Both the position numbers and the translations under genes were made by a program. The notes beneath the pieces were generated by a model. That model had not been told where the DNA came from, made no database searches, and worked only from the letters and a program-made list of their open reading frames with translations. From the NCBI GenBank assembly GCA_051294375.1, contig CM119265.1, positions 13,012,124 through 13,076,123 on the forward strand: a DNA stretch of 64,000 bases. Direction: 5' to 3'. This document shows positions 1 through 14,330 of the stretch, in pieces. Each line of letters opens with the position of its first letter. The first letter of the stretch is position 1. This DNA comes from Paraspadella gotoi (Eukaryota; Animalia; Chaetognatha).

Positions 1-3000
1 AAGAAATGAACTTAGTAATTTTTCCTGCATTGCTTTTGACAGCATCGAAACAATCCATGGCAATCAAGTGGTCAATGCCTGGATCAACTCCAACCTAATA
101 TTTTTTTATATCAGCATAGTGTAAGCTACTTACGACATAAATATATTAAGGAAAACAAACATTAACCTCGTTCATGCAAGTTATATCAGCCGCCAAAGCT
201 GCTCGGTGAAGTTTTCGCAGTTCGTCAGAAGTATATGACGCTGTAACCATGTTTGTCTGTTTTTGTAAGAATTTTTTTAGGAAATCACTGAATAAGTAAA
301 TTACCAAACAAAGAAAAGGCCGTAAAACTTGATACTTTTACTAATTATTGATAGGGTAGTGCGGGGTATTTCGGAACACTAATTAGGGCAGTCTGGTGAT
401 TTTTTATTTTTATTAAGAAAATTTGTTTTCACATGCTGTCATGTAGCAGACATCGTTAGCTTTCATATGATACCTCACATGATGCATTAAAATTATTTTA
501 TGATAACATTATGACATTAAAAAAAATTGTGCTAATTTTTTTCTGCCAGGCCTCGTAGACACAGCTAAATCTTAAAATTTAAAAATCTGATTATACAGTC
601 TTTTAGCCCTATGTCAGTAGTTTTGAAATCAGGGGGAACAAAGTTTGAACTCCTAAATTATCATATTTAAATCATATGTTTTTTAAGGTTCCTACAATAA
701 TTTTTTTGTTTTTCCACAAAATGATAATCATTTTACTTAGTAATTATATAAAAATTTGAGGTATGACACAATGAAAAATAACGTGGCAAAACTGTCTCGT
801 GCTGATTTTGTCCCTTTAAAATTGTTTCTGAGCTAAATTAATTGATTATCACTTTTAGTAATATGTGCGATATACACTACTGGGCATTACTGTGTCTGAC
901 CATAACCCTTGACCATTAACAAAAAAGCTAACTTGATCAAAAATAGTAAAAAAGATGAAGCAATATAGCTCGAAACGCTTACAAAATTTTAAACCATTGC
1001 TTTTATAAATACAAAAAAAATATTAATATTATTAAAACAAAACTTTAACTATAACTTAATAGTTAACCAAGAGCAAGATGAATATTTTTTACCCATCATT
1101 TCCTCAATTTATATGAATCATTTGTTTGTAATTAGTCAATCTAAATAACAATATGACAAATTCATTTTCAGTTTTTTTTATGAATGGGAAGTTTTCTCTG
1201 CTTACTCTCCTTGTATCTAATTATCTAATATTTTCGAGGGATTTTTAAAAACCTTATATAATTGCTATATTTTTTACTTTTTTTCAATTCTTTCAAACAA
1301 AAACAACATCATAAAAATATTTTAAATTAATAAAAAAAAATTGATCGAATGATTTTGAAAAAAAATATTTTGAAACTTTAGAATAATGGATTTCGAGTTA
1401 GGAAAAAAAATTTACAATTCTAAAAAAATCAGCCTCTAACCTTTTAATTTTTCTAAAGGCTGATTTTTTAAAATTTTATTAAAATTGATCTTTATTAACA
1501 ACTTGAAATTAAATTTTTTTTGCGAAGATGTCAGTCATTAAATAGATGGCTTATCCCATCTTTTAATAATCAAGCGCAATGAATAATCACACCATCAACT
1601 GTATCATTTTTTTTTTACCAGAAGAATTAAAGTAAAGCAGAAGGGAGTAATGCAGTTGTTATGAAGTTCCAACCTATCACATAACAAATTTTTTAAAAGT
1701 AATTTGTCACTAAAGAAGTCTTGCAAAAGAAATCATACTTAATTACTTATGCTGTATAAAAACTGACTGGGTAAAAAACCGAATCATCTTTACAAAAACA
1801 AGTTTGAGCAAACAATGTCGGATCCGCCTACGATAATTAATTAATCGATTAATTTTAATAATTATAATTTATATTCAGCTTATCATTGATGTCCTTAAAA
1901 TTGAGTCAGGACAGTTATTAAATGTTTTGTTTACATTTTATCAAAACAAACAAATATCCTCTATTTTATTTTATGTCTCATTCTCTCTCTCTTTCTGTAT
2001 CTCTCTCACTCTCTCTCTCTCTCTTTTTTCTCAATTGCCGAGGGGGGGGGGGAAAAAAGGGGAAAAAAAGGGGGGGGGGGGGGGGGGGGGGGGGGGAATA
2101 CACAAGAATGGGGGGGGGGGGGGGGGGGGGGGGAAAATAAAAAAAAAATCCTTATGCTTTTAAGATTTTTTCAACTTGCATCATTTTTTCAACTTGCATT
2201 CCGTCAAAACTTTATATCTAGCTTCTTCACTCATTTCCCACCGGCTCACAAAATTTCATCTCAATCTATCATGGGTTAAAAATATAATAAAAGATTCAAG
2301 TAAATGTGACTCATATTTTTTTCATTTAAACTCATTTCCACTGGTACGTTTCCACCGAAACTTTATATCAAGCTTCGTCACACATTTTCCTACCCACACA
2401 CAAATTTCAACTCAATCTATCCATCCATTATGATTAATTAGAGTATTTATTGGTTAAAATAAGTAAAAAGATTTTAGTAAATGCGAATTATGTTTTTTCT
2501 ATTTAAACTAATTTCCACTCACACGATTCCATCGAAACTTTATATCACACACTTTCCTACCCACACCAAAATTTAATTCCAATCCAACCAGCCAATCACG
2601 AGTTATTGGAGCTTTTTGCTAAGGTGGGACGGATGGACGGATTGATTGACTAATTAATTAATTATAGATTAATTTATTTACTAATTGATTAATTAACTGA
2701 TTAACTATTTGATTTATTAATACATCCTGCATATACATTTAATATAAAAGGAAAAAGAAGCATAATCAATTAGTGAAACAGGTTTTTTGTTTTTTTCCAT
2801 TTAAACTCATTTCCACTCAAACTATTCCATCGACACTTGATTTCGCTTCAATCACACACTTTCCTACCCACATACAAAATTCCAGGTCAATCAGCCTATC
2901 CACTCATGAGCAATTGGTGTTCAAATAGTGAATATATTGTTTTTGTTTTTTCCATTTAAACTCATTTCCACTCGGACGATTCCCTCGAAACTTCATATCC

Positions 3001-6000
3001 AGCTCAATCACACACTTAGCTATCCACAAACAAAAATTTATTCAAATCCATCCATCCAATCACGAGTAATTGGTGTTTTTTGCTAAGGTGGGACGGACGG
3101 ACGACGGACGGAGGACGGACAGACGGACGGACGGACGGACGGACATCATTTTTTTTGCATAATTTATCATAATTCGATGTTCTGACGTGATATAGGTTAT
3201 TGCCCGACAATATTGAGGGGGCGGACCGACGGACCGACAAAGTGAGTTATAGAGTCGGGATCTGCTGATAAGCAGATCCGATTAAAAATCGTTTGCTTGA
3301 GGGATAGTTTTTTCAAGCAATGACGAGTTTGTACCCACATGTTCGGGAGGCATTTTAAGTATGTTTTAAACCCATTTTAATAAATATTTGGGAATTTCTA
3401 AAATGTCAATGATTTTTCTATCAAATGGTATAATATGATTAATTTTTACTTTGTGTCATTCGATTTGCCTCACGGAGTTTATTTTGAAAATAATTTTTTT
3501 CTGGTGATAGTGTCCCGACTACAGGCCGAGGTATTTAACGTTAATTATGGAAAGTTAAGTTGGTGAAATATTTAATGCACTAAAAAATATTATAAAAGAT
3601 TAGTACACAATGTTTTATTTAATATTATATGTCAGTGTTCCTAATTACCCCCGTTCCGAATTACCCCGTGTCGTTTTTAACAGCTCGGTTCCTTTCGTTT
3701 TATCACTTTATCACCTCGTTTTTACCTTTTGTTCGATACAGATCTGAGCGATTTTTGGATGAAGGGAATATGGCAAAAGAGATATGACGAGATCATGCTC
3801 GGCAACAAGCTTGTTGAGATGATCCACCTTCTCATCGTTCACGTTTAGTAAAATTGGATCCGTGTTTTTAAAACGAGAGGCGATGTCGTCGGCCTTAGAT
3901 ATAAGCCATTCCTTTAATTATTTAAATCCAAGTTAAATAATTTCTACGCTCATTTACTAACCTCTTTCCTAATATGACTAGCAATCGTAACATTTATTGT
4001 CGAATCCCTAGTAAGGTATTCGACAACAGGAGGCGAAACGTATCCCGCGCCGAGCACGAGAACCTTCTTCATCTTGGAAGCAACCTGTTGCATTTGAATA
4101 CAAAATTAGATTTTGTCTTCACCTTGTCTTCACTATTTATGAAATTATGTAGTACTGAAAAAAAAATGCACAACGATAATTATGAATTTGTAAGAGTTTT
4201 TTATTTTGCCACTTGACAGATTTTCGAGAATATAATATGAAAACAATATTTAAACGAACAGAGCATAGAACATATATAACAAAGAACATATATTTTAGGA
4301 AGGATGCCTTTAAACATGCGTGACATATTATCATGTAGGATAATTGTCCAAATTCTTCCATCACGAGTCAAAATTCTTAGTTGACAGAACAAGATCGCCC
4401 CCCCCTACTACTAGAGGGTTTCAAGACTCCCATCTTCTTTGAATAATACTGTCAAAAAAATAATTAAATTAAATGAAATTAAATGAAACCAAAATAAAAA
4501 TTATCCATTCATTTAATAAATAAGCTCTCTTGCCCCTGACTTTGGACAGGCTTTGGTGGTTTAAGGCCTACATCACTTTCACAAGATAATGACATAGCAG
4601 GTCCCTGCAAGCTTTCAATCAAGACTAACACAGTCTCGTTTATTCTCTCCCAGAGTACCTGGCTTCCCTATCAATGAAGTGGTATAATGTTTCAAAGAAT
4701 TTTTCAATTGTATGAAAAGACAACTCCCTTAAGCATTAGATCAGGGAATATTAAATTGTACTCCGCCGAGCATCAAAATACAAGGAGCTAAATTTTATGA
4801 AATTGGTACAATCAATATAAAAATTATCCATTCATTTAAATTTTAATAAATAAGCTATCTTGCCCCTGACTTTGGTGGTTTAAGGCCTCCATCACTCTTA
4901 CAAGATAATGACATAGCAGGTCCCTGCAAGCTTTCAATAAAGACTCACAGTGAGCCAATGAAGGCATGTTCAGAATGCTAATAAGTAACTGATAAATCAT
5001 TTTCCAAACTACACGAGACACACACATCCATGTACTCACCAGCGCAGCTTTATCTTTACTCCTTGACTTGGCACGTCTCAGATCGCCTATGTATCGAAAG
5101 CTTGGTGCCAACTCCCCGTTGGTGCAGATAACAGCGTTTCTGACAGTTTTAGGAAGAGCCGTTTCGGCCTCTGACCACGATGCATCTGCCTGAGACTTAA
5201 ATTTTGAAAGTTCAAAATTAAAATTCTGATGAATGCGAATTCTTTTCTTTGCTTTTAGTCTCACCTTGGCCATGTGGTATACGTAAGGCAAAAGGAGGTT
5301 TCCAAAGAAGTCAGTAGATTCTCTAGGAATTTGAGCGGGCATGTTATCAATAGAACACACCAAAATTCCAGGGCCTGTCGTAAGATCGGTACATCATATT
5401 ATTGGTTTATTATTGGATATTACTGCTATGGCAACGGGAAGACATGTGTGATGCCCGGGGTGAGAGGCATCTCGCTACAGCTGGCGCTCAGGGCTTTGGA
5501 CCTGTAGTGACCACCCCATGTCAGTGGCGTATTTATGCTAACACCATCACACACAACCAGTGTGACCGTACGAGGATTTAACCCGGAACTCAAGGTTGGT
5601 GATGGGGTACTTAGCTGTCCAAGCCAGTGGGACGAGCCAAGTTTCACCAAGCTATATTGGAGGCGAATTTAGGATTCGCCACTCAGCCTCCAGCGTAAAA
5701 CGCACCGACGAAAGAAACCGTGTTCTTGTGAAGATCGGCGTCGTAGAGGGCGAAAGGTTTATCAATAGTGGTGCACTCGTCACAGAATTCAATGGAACCT
5801 CCAGGGTCCGCGGTAATATCACATATCGCGACCATCCGGTGTGGCAAATGCGGACACCCAGTCGACGAAGGGATCCAGGGCGCGTCGTATGGACGAATCA
5901 GGTTTTTAGCATCCGGGATAGAAAGTAAACGAGGATGTCCTAAACAATAATACTAGTTTAAAACATAGATTTGATAAAGTAAAGGTTTCAGGGAAAAAAA

Positions 6001-9000
6001 AGACTAAAAAAACTAACAGAATAATCAGAAAGTTTAATACCTGCCAACTTCAGCCTTTGTAATCTATGAAAACATGGAAATTTGACAATGAAATTTATGA
6101 CAACCGTGATGAACAAAGGGGTGGAAAAATACTGGAAACTACATTTTGATAAATCAATTTTGTACAATTTTTTCTCTTTCGATTTAGTACTTTTGTAGAA
6201 TGTATTACTGCCTCAGATAAATACCAACTTTAGACGGATAAATAAGTTACATATCTTTTATACAAATCGGATTTAGAAGAAAACTACCTATACATTTCAT
6301 GATACATACCCGGCGCCCAGTAAATGCCATTAATAATGACCGACGTGTAAGGCGCAATCGTTTTAGCAAAGTGAGATACGTAATTTTCCGGGTGTTCAAA
6401 AAAGTCCTGCATTCCACCAAACTTTCCCGTGTCCTTTCTTACGAGATGGTCTTCCATGTCAACGACGCAACCATACACCTAAAGCAAAGTAACGAGCTTT
6501 GTCAGTCCACTCACGTCAAAAATTACATGGATTGCACGGAATGATGGTGGAAGCATTGTTATCTGGGAAAGGAAGAAACTCGAAGAGAGAATCTTTGTTG
6601 TATTCCTTGTTCATATCAAAATTCCATGTTTGTTAGAATTTTGTACGGCTTATCTCGTCGTTTTGCGACGTAAAACAAGCTTAAGTTGTAATTTTTTTTC
6701 TATGGTCCAATGTTCTAACCCCTATACCTTATCCGCTATCGTTGCTCTTCCTTTTTTCTTTTTATTCTTCATTTGATATTTCTGTTTTCGTTCAATCTTT
6801 TTTTCTTTTATTAATTAGTTTTCGTTCCTAAGCTTATTTTTCTTTTATTTATAGCATTTTTTGTTTATTCATTTGGTGGTAGACATTATGGTGGTTTTAG
6901 TAGTGGTGATGGTAGTTGTTGCAATTGTGAGGGAAACCTCATTAACTCACTTTATTCGTCGATCCGTGCTCCGCTACTTTTTTCAAGTCTTTCGGCTTGA
7001 CATATTCGTAAGGGAGCTCTTGAAACACTTCCTGGGCGCCTAGAGACACGTTTCCCGATCCCGTGAAAACCACGGTAAGTGGCCCGATGGATTTGGGCAA
7101 CAAACCCAGGGCGATTTCGTAGCCTGAGTTTAAACGGCCGAGATTACGGGAATCAGCAAATCGGCAAATGGTTTATAAAGGAAACGTAACAAAACCGATC
7201 AACACAAATATCAGCATATAAATTATATAACAAAATAATTCATATATGATTAATTGCTTTAGACAAGAATTTGAATTGAATTTCTTACCAGCGTCTCTGA
7301 CCGCTGCTCTGGCCATAATAGGGCTGCGATAATTGTGAGCGGGTCCAACATGCATGAAGGGAGTGTGATGCCCCAAAGCAAGTAGGCGCAACCCCAGGCC
7401 GTGTAAGATGTCAATCATTCCCGAAACGCCTTGTTGAAATAAAAAAAAACAATCATGTTACCAGGATATCATATCCAATAAATTATACAGATGAAGTAAT
7501 GCAGTAATTATAATAACAATATAATCTGGAAAAAAAAAATCTTAAAGTATAGTGATCTCGCCAGACGTTACGATAAAAAAAAATTAATAAAAATATATGA
7601 TAACGAATTATTGATATAATAGTAATTGATTGATATAATAATAATAGATTGATTGATATCATATTAATTGATTGATGTAATAATGATTAATTTATTGATA
7701 AAATAATAATTGATGTGATGATAACCAAATATTAATACTCTTTTTAATATTAAAACAGCATTACGATGATGACGATTATGGTAAAAAAAAAACGAATTAA
7801 CATTTTGCCCAAATCGGGCAAGATAAAAATACCAGCGTATTTGCCGAAGGCGACGACCCTGAATCCACGATCATCTTTCATCATTTCGTAATCAATTAGA
7901 CGAACCCGCTTTTCAAGCATAGCGTCAAGAAGGGGCATGTTTGCCTCTTGGGCTTTGATAGTGTGCGAGAAAAAGGCATAAGTTTTGTCAGGAATGAGGA
8001 GGTCGATCGGAACCTAATATGAGAATTTTTTTAAAAATATTATATAAGATTACCAGTTACAAAATGATAATTAAAAAATTATTTATTTTATGTACACTTT
8101 TAAAAGTTAAATTATATTCAATAAAAAAATTGATTTTTAAAAAAATATATTCCGCCATAACTGCGATTAAATCTATTTTAATATATTATTTTTAAAAAAT
8201 CAAATCTTTTTTATTTCAGCATCACATAATTTAATTACAATTCTAATTAATAACTGCTCCACCTGTTTTACGCCAAGAATAACTGAAGCTTCATTGAGAT
8301 CTTCTCGAATCAGAGCCCCACTCTTGGCGTATTCTTCCATGGGAAATGCTCTTCGGTTAGACGGTTGAACGATGACCTGACAGTTAAACTATATTATTCA
8401 ATTTTTTATCTCCAATTGCTAAATAATCAATATAGTATTAATACCAAAGATTTCTGGTATAAAAAAATGTTTAGTATACAATCATCATGTAAAATCCAGA
8501 CTCGAGATTACATTATTTTTTCCCTCATTTGAAATCATCTCGTACTTTATTTTTTTATCAAAACTTTTTTATGATATCTATAATTTAAATTACATATACG
8601 GAAATTAATACGCTACAGAAGTTTATAGGAAAATGAAGAACAATGTTAAAAAAATGAAAGAAAACTAAAAAGGATGATTACTCCAAAAAAAAAAGCAAAA
8701 GGATTTAAATATCGTAAATTTTAAATTTTAAGCAAATACATATATAATTAAAAAAAAATTAAAGGTTGAGGTGATGAGCGGGGTTTTCCGTCAGATGCTC
8801 ACCCTTCTATATCATAGGATTTCATGAGTCATTAGAGATCAAGAACTGGAGGTAAGCAAAAGGCAAGCATTGGTTATAGATAGAAACAACAATGATCTCT
8901 CAGGTAAGCTCGGCCTAGCCAATATTCGAGTAACATGAAACGTGTAAATCAATAACTATATATATATATAAAACCCCGACGATGGCCAACTAACATTAAT

Positions 9001-10718
9001 GCAATCTGTATGAAATAGAATCATGATTAATCAGAGCAATGAAATAACAATGAACTGTATTGTTTATAGACAAATATTGATTGTTTATATTTTTAAAGTT
9101 TTACAAAAGGCAATAAGAACGACGGATCATGAGAGTTTATATCCAACAGAGGGTAAATTACGATAAAAAATAAATTAAGGTTAAGAATATATTTAAGAAT
9201 AAAATTATTAATAAAATATTTAATGATAAAATTTTATTTTTGCTGACTGGGGTTTTGCGATGATAACCAAATGATTGATAAAATGATAACCAAATGATAA
9301 GATGATAAACAAATGATGTAATAATAATCATTTATTAATGCGATGATAATCATTCATTAACGCGATGATAATCATTCATTGATTCAATGATAATCATTTA
9401 TTGATGCGATGATAACCAAATATTGATGCAATGATAACAAAATGATGGATGCGATGATAATCATTCATTGACGCGATGATAATCATTCATCGTAAATAAA
9501 ACAAACAAATGCGTGTATGAAAGAGAGAGAAGCTGGACAGCCGCTGCAGAGCGATCTCGTTTTTAGACAAATCAGAAGCTGCGACTGAAAAAAACGACAT
9601 AATTAAAAAAGAGAAAAAAACTGGACTGCCGCTATAACAGATTAATTTGTGGATTATTTCAAATGAGATTGAGTTCCGCAACCTTATTTGCATATTGTAT
9701 TCTGATTAAGCTTTGATAAATTTTTCTTCTATTGCCTTAAAGATTTAATTTTAATATTTTACATAATCATGTTTGTTTGTAATTTAATTAATAACTAAAT
9801 AATAATGATTTAATTATCATAATTAGTAGTTTACCACTTTAATTATTTTTGTACAACCGCTGCAGAGCTAAACTTATCTATATATATAAAAATTGTTTTG
9901 TAAATATAACAAACAAATGAGCGTAAGAATATGAAACCTAACAATTTAAAAGACAAATGATGAGAAGGCATATCTAAATTTTCAGATTCCTATGGTTATA
10001 CACTTAAGCTATTTTCAATGTTAAAACAGCATGACGATGACGACAACGGTCAAAAGCAGAAACGAATTAACATCTCACCCAAGTCGGGCATTCGCCCGTC
10101 TGGCAAGATAAAAAAAAATATTACTTAATTACGCTAACCACCCTTAACCCTAAACTACCCCTAATCCTAAACCACCCCTAACTAATTATGCCAAATTAAT
10201 TTTAAATTGTTTAGAGTCTTTAGCTTATCTATAAAAAACAGCGTTATTCAGATCATTGTTATCTCGTTCCTAATTTCTCTTTTAAATTAGAAACTTTTTC
10301 TTATTTTTTTTCCACTTTTCTAAAGGCCTCTAGAGCGTATTAAAATTAAGATCCCCCAAGGAAGAGTGCCTCGCCTTGAATCCATCTTTGACCAACTGTC
10401 TGACGTGGACGGGCGCCAACGGTGCACGTCCCTCCCAGACGTTGACATCCTCGCGGCGAATCGCAATTGTATGCTTCTGAAACGAACAATGTTAAGGATA
10501 TCATGCCCTTGGTTGATTTCAAAACTTCATAGAAAATCCTGGGCCGGGCATATATAGCGAAAAAGACTAATAACAAGAAAAATGCTAATTCGTTTAAAGG
10601 GAAGATAACCAACCTGCGAAAGAGCGCTTGCTTTTAGTTGAAATCGAGACAATAGAAACTTATTCTTCTGCCTCGACGACCGGCACGGTGTCGCATTTAA
10701 AATTGTCCGAACAAACAT
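1..10718 (-). CDS. AASS: Alpha-aminoadipic semialdehyde synthase (bifunctional lysine-ketoglutarate reductase/saccharopine dehydrogenase), 3'-partial; exons approx. 10718-10614, 10476-10375, 8376-8263, 8013-7833, 7429-7289, 7123-6951, 6478-6310, 5939-5706, 5374-5265, 5189-5040, 4084-3962, 3893-3726, 256-167, 93-1
   Basis: Spliced translation gives mitochondrial-presequence-like [18 protein letters not shown], then [97 protein letters not shown] - diagnostic LKR/SDH motifs; exon phases are consistent. Confidence 0.95.
362..3668. mobile_element. Non-autonomous TIR DNA element (carries a nested Helentron-like insertion) filling an AASS intron
   Basis: CGGGGTATTTCGGAAC at 362 is an imperfect inverted match to GTTCCGAATTACCCCG ending at 3668. 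Confidence 0.55.
1795..3288 (+). mobile_element. Helentron-associated/DINE-1-like non-autonomous element
   Basis: 5' AAACAAG...TCGGATC subterminal motif, internal subrepeats, (GACG)n microsatellite, 3' palindrome TCGGGATCTGCTGATAAGCAGATCCGA; homologous copies at 55750-57570 and 18368-18790. Confidence 0.7.
4495..4948. repeat. Local ~130 bp direct duplication (4495-4630 and 4818-4948) in an AASS intron
   Basis: TAAAAATTATCCATTCATTTAA...GACATAGCAGGTCCCTGCAAGCTTTCAAT occurs twice. Confidence 0.8.
5427..5683 (-). mobile_element. Structured solo-LTR-like element, family A1
   Basis: TATGGCAAC...GGCGAATTTAGGATTCGCCACT on +, flanks CTGC/CAGC; homologous along its length to 34529-34755; strand assigned by analogy with the PBS-bearing element at 42173. 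Confidence 0.65.
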
Positions 10719-11611
10719 ACTCTTGCAAGTTGCAAGACTTTCGACTTAAAAACAATTTTATCTTTGATCCATTCCCATCAATTTCCTCAATATTTTTTAA
10801 ACTTACATTTAGATTAATTTAACCCTTGCATTTTTTTCTGAAGGAAACAAAAAAGACAACAATATTATATATTTGCGAGAATGAAAGTTACAATTGTATT
10901 ATATTGCATTCAATATTGACATTACTAACACCGGATTTTTCAGGCTCGAGCAGACGTCTAATGAAAAAATATAGAAATTAAAGCGAGGGCGAAAATACCG
11001 AACGACAGGAACGCACATTCTATTCACAATTGATATTTTTAACTTCATCCTGGGTCTGAAGCTTAACACCCTGTTAGGCTTTTGTTTTCATTTTCGAACC
11101 TTCCTCCTGATCGTCTCCGCGTGACTCGTAGCGCTGCTCTTCCCTCATCTGTAGGGGGCGACGTAGTGCCGCGACTGCAGCAGCAGCAGAGGTCAGTCCG
11201 CGGCGTCTCCAAGCGACAAAATGCCTTGACGATTTGACGCTCGATGACCATAGCATAGGACAATAAATGTAATTGTTGGATTTATTTTTACGACAATTCA
11301 AAATTAAAATAAACAGGACGAAAGAGATGAAAAAATTAGGGATGGCTGATAAATAATCAAATTAGACAAACAAAATCATGTGATGTGTCTGATTTACTAA
11401 TTAACTGTCGACCAAATACAAAATATAGCTTTTAACCTTTCATATGAAATTGTACGATCATCGTCAATGGAGGCGTCGTTGCAAGGAGCTCGTTATTTCT
11501 CCGACACAACACTTGGCCAAGCTTCTTTCGCCTTTTCTCTGGGAATGGGACCGTCTCCCTACGCGCAAGACTGCTTCCCAGTAAGTCTGTAATATTAGCA
11601 TACTTATCAAA

Positions 11612-13136
11612 GGTTTCGCATACAATCAGTGTCTTTTAAACAACGAAATCTGAACTTCAATAATTACCATATTTCTTGATCTCATTGGTTAGTACGAATC
11701 TTTTTTCATTTAAAAAAAAGGTAGTCTCAAGTTATCTCCTTATCACTTAGAACTTCCCATGTAAATTTCTATGAGTTAAAAATACGGTAAGAGATGATTT
11801 CTTCAATGCTTGTCAATCTAATCTCATTAACTTCTTAATTTTAGAAAAAAGTATGCTTGAATTTTTATAGTACAGATGATTTTTAAAGATCGAATTCCTT
11901 ATAAGAATCCTCATGTCTTTTACTTACATAAAAGATTTTAGGTAAGACGCCAAATTATCTGATACAATTTTTTTCCTTCATACGCTTTTCCTGATTATTT
12001 TTCTTCTCCTCTTTTCTTCTCTTACTTTATATTTTCCTCTTCCTCTTTCCTCCCTTACTTCTCACGCTGTCACTTACCATTTTTTTGGCCTCTACCTTTT
12101 TCTGTCACTCATGCACTTTCCTCACTTTGTTATCTTCATTCTTTCTCTTTTTTTCCCCTCTTTTCTTACCTTACAATTGTTTCACTATTTTTTCCCCATT
12201 TGCCTTCGTTTTTTTGCCTTTCACCCTCTCTTTCATTCTCTCCCCTTCTCCTTTTCTTGTTTTCCCTTTCCTATTTCCTCTCACTACGTTTACATTGAGC
12301 CAAATCAAAGAAAATATTTAAAATGCATTATAAGAAGAAAATGAACAGTAGCGCATGATTTTTCTTTCAATTTTGGTTGCCTAGCAAATTTAGTAAATCG
12401 ACAGATTTTGCGGAAAATATTTTCCGCAAAATCTGTTGATTCTGAGAAAAAACAAGTCCTGACGCTTTCCATTGGGTTAAAAGGATGCGGTTTTTTTTAA
12501 TTAATCAAGGTCAGTATGTACCTCATCTTTTAAAACTAATAAATGAGTTGAAAATATTCTCTTTATCAAAAATAAATGCAAGTCACAAAAAGTCACAAAT
12601 TAAAAGACGTCTTTAAAAATTATTTGTGGCTAAACCAAAAAAGTTTTTTTGATAATTTTATAGGTGTTAAAAGCTTATTCAATAGGCTATATTTTCTGTT
12701 AATTTCAACCAATTTGATTTATTTTTGTTTAACAAATTATGATAAAGACTGAAACTCCAACTTTTTGACTTGTTAACTTTAAAATTAATTCATAGGCAAA
12801 CTATAAATGATTTAAGCTAATAAATATACCCCGAGGTAAAGAAGATAAGAAAGAACGGATTTCCAAAGTAAAAAAATTTTATCAACTTTCCTTGTCATTC
12901 AAATCAGAAGTCGTAAGTAAAAATGGACAAAAATGGACATAATTTTTTTGGCTAAAAGTTGCTAAAATGGTACTATTTTATCATTAGAAACGGGTGGAGA
13001 TGTTTTTAACTAATCCTTCGTTCGGCCTAATTTGTGTTGTGGTACTGGTACAAAGTTAATCAACATTGTAAGTAACAACTGAACAAAAGTGGAAAGAGTC
13101 GTTTTTTTTCTAAATGCAACGTTTGTACGCGGAACC
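11612..13136. mobile_element. 1.5 kb non-autonomous TIR element with 4-bp TSD
   Basis: TIR GGTTTCGCATACAA / TTGTACGCGGAACC flanked by CAAA on both sides; inverted second copy at 22565-25073. Confidence 0.75.
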
Positions 13137-14090
13137 CAAAGTCATCGGTAATGAACGATACAGAATTATAGTAACTTTTAGTTTTATGTCGACAATATCA
13201 TGATATCAGATTAGAGTTTCGTTAACCGTTAATTTTTCAGGAAATTCGCTTAACCGTTAAAACTAACATTTTTAACGGTTAACAGTTAAAATCGGTTAAT
13301 TTTATAATTCAACTTTAAATTTAAAATACTAATATTTAAAACAAACACATTATAATTAGTAAAAGAAAAATTGGTTTGAGCAAACCATCTTGAAATTACC
13401 CATGATAATTGAGCTTATCAGCTAATCTTGCAATCAAAAAAGTCAAAGAAAGAAAAAGCACAATTTAAATTTTAATTCTAATTTTATATTAAGTTTTCTC
13501 GTTCTCTCTTTCTCTTTCTCTCTTTCGCTTTCTCTTTCTCTATTTCTCTTCCTCATTATTTTTCTAATTGTTAGTCTTTCATAAACCATGACCATAATTA
13601 AGGCATAATTATAAATAAAAAATATGAATATTAGTTTATTGATTGATTGAGTTATTGATCAAAAGATTTATTGATTAATAAATTTTTTTTTTCGTTTTAT
13701 TAAAAAATATATAATCATTGAAGGATATTTTTAGTTAGCCTTAATGTCTTTTTAAAGATTCCCTCCTTCTACTATTAATTCTAAATTTTTTTTATAATAA
13801 TTTTTTTATAAATTTTTTTCATTCATTCGTTTTTATTTCATTTGCTTCTTTGTTCGTTCTAAAGACGGAAAGAAAAAGAAGAATTATTTATTTTTTTAAC
13901 AACAAAATAGAATAAAAAGTTTTTCATGTAAGAATTTAATTTGTAATAAAATGACTTTGCATATATATTATATTTCAAAATATTCTTTGATGTAAATGCA
14001 TTGTGTTATGTAATCCTTTCTTTCATTGTGATTAGAGATTAGAGACAGAGTTTGAAATAATTGGCAACAACAATTTATTTTCAAGATGAA

Positions 14091-14132
14091 AACGTACATG
14101 TTTCGGCTTTTTTACAAACCTTCTTCAGCGTC
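14091..14132 (-). ncRNA. Minimal type I hammerhead ribozyme (Penelope-type)
   Basis: Minus strand GACG-CUGAAGA-A-GGUUU...AAGCC-GAAA-CAUGUA-CGUU: core boxes, stem I GACG/CGUU, palindromic ACAUGU stem III, GUA cleavage triplet. Confidence 0.7.
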
Positions 14133-14288
14133 AATTTAGTTTGTGAAATTATTAGAGAGATTTTGTGTAGAAGATGGGGAGAGAGAGAGAGAGAGAGAGA
14201 GAGGGAATCATAAAGAGGGCAAAGTTTCTCTCTCTCTCTTTCTCCTTCTTCTACACAAAATCTGTCTAATATTTTCACAAATTAAATT

Positions 14289-14330
14289 GACGCTAAAGAA
14301 GGCTTGTAAAAAAGCCGAAACATGTACGTT
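14289..14330 (+). ncRNA. Hammerhead motif with core mutation (CUAAAGA), probably inactive
   Basis: GACG-CUAAAGA-AGGCUU...AAGCC-GAAACAUGUA-CGUU; G5 replaced by A. Confidence 0.5.

Noticed and set aside
1922-2163. Gly-rich ORFs / G-quadruplex tract
   Set aside because: Homopolymer G/A runs inside a repeat, absent from the sister copy near 55990; likely low-quality sequence
5375-5705. Structured intron beginning GTGCG, like a group II intron
   Set aside because: Ends in a normal CAG, no domain V/VI; the structure comes from an inserted family A element that also occurs mid-intron elsewhere
10130-10190. Telomere-like CCCTAA repeats (also 22320-22400, 62090-62155)
   Set aside because: Short, degenerate and embedded in interspersed repeats; not telomeric arrays
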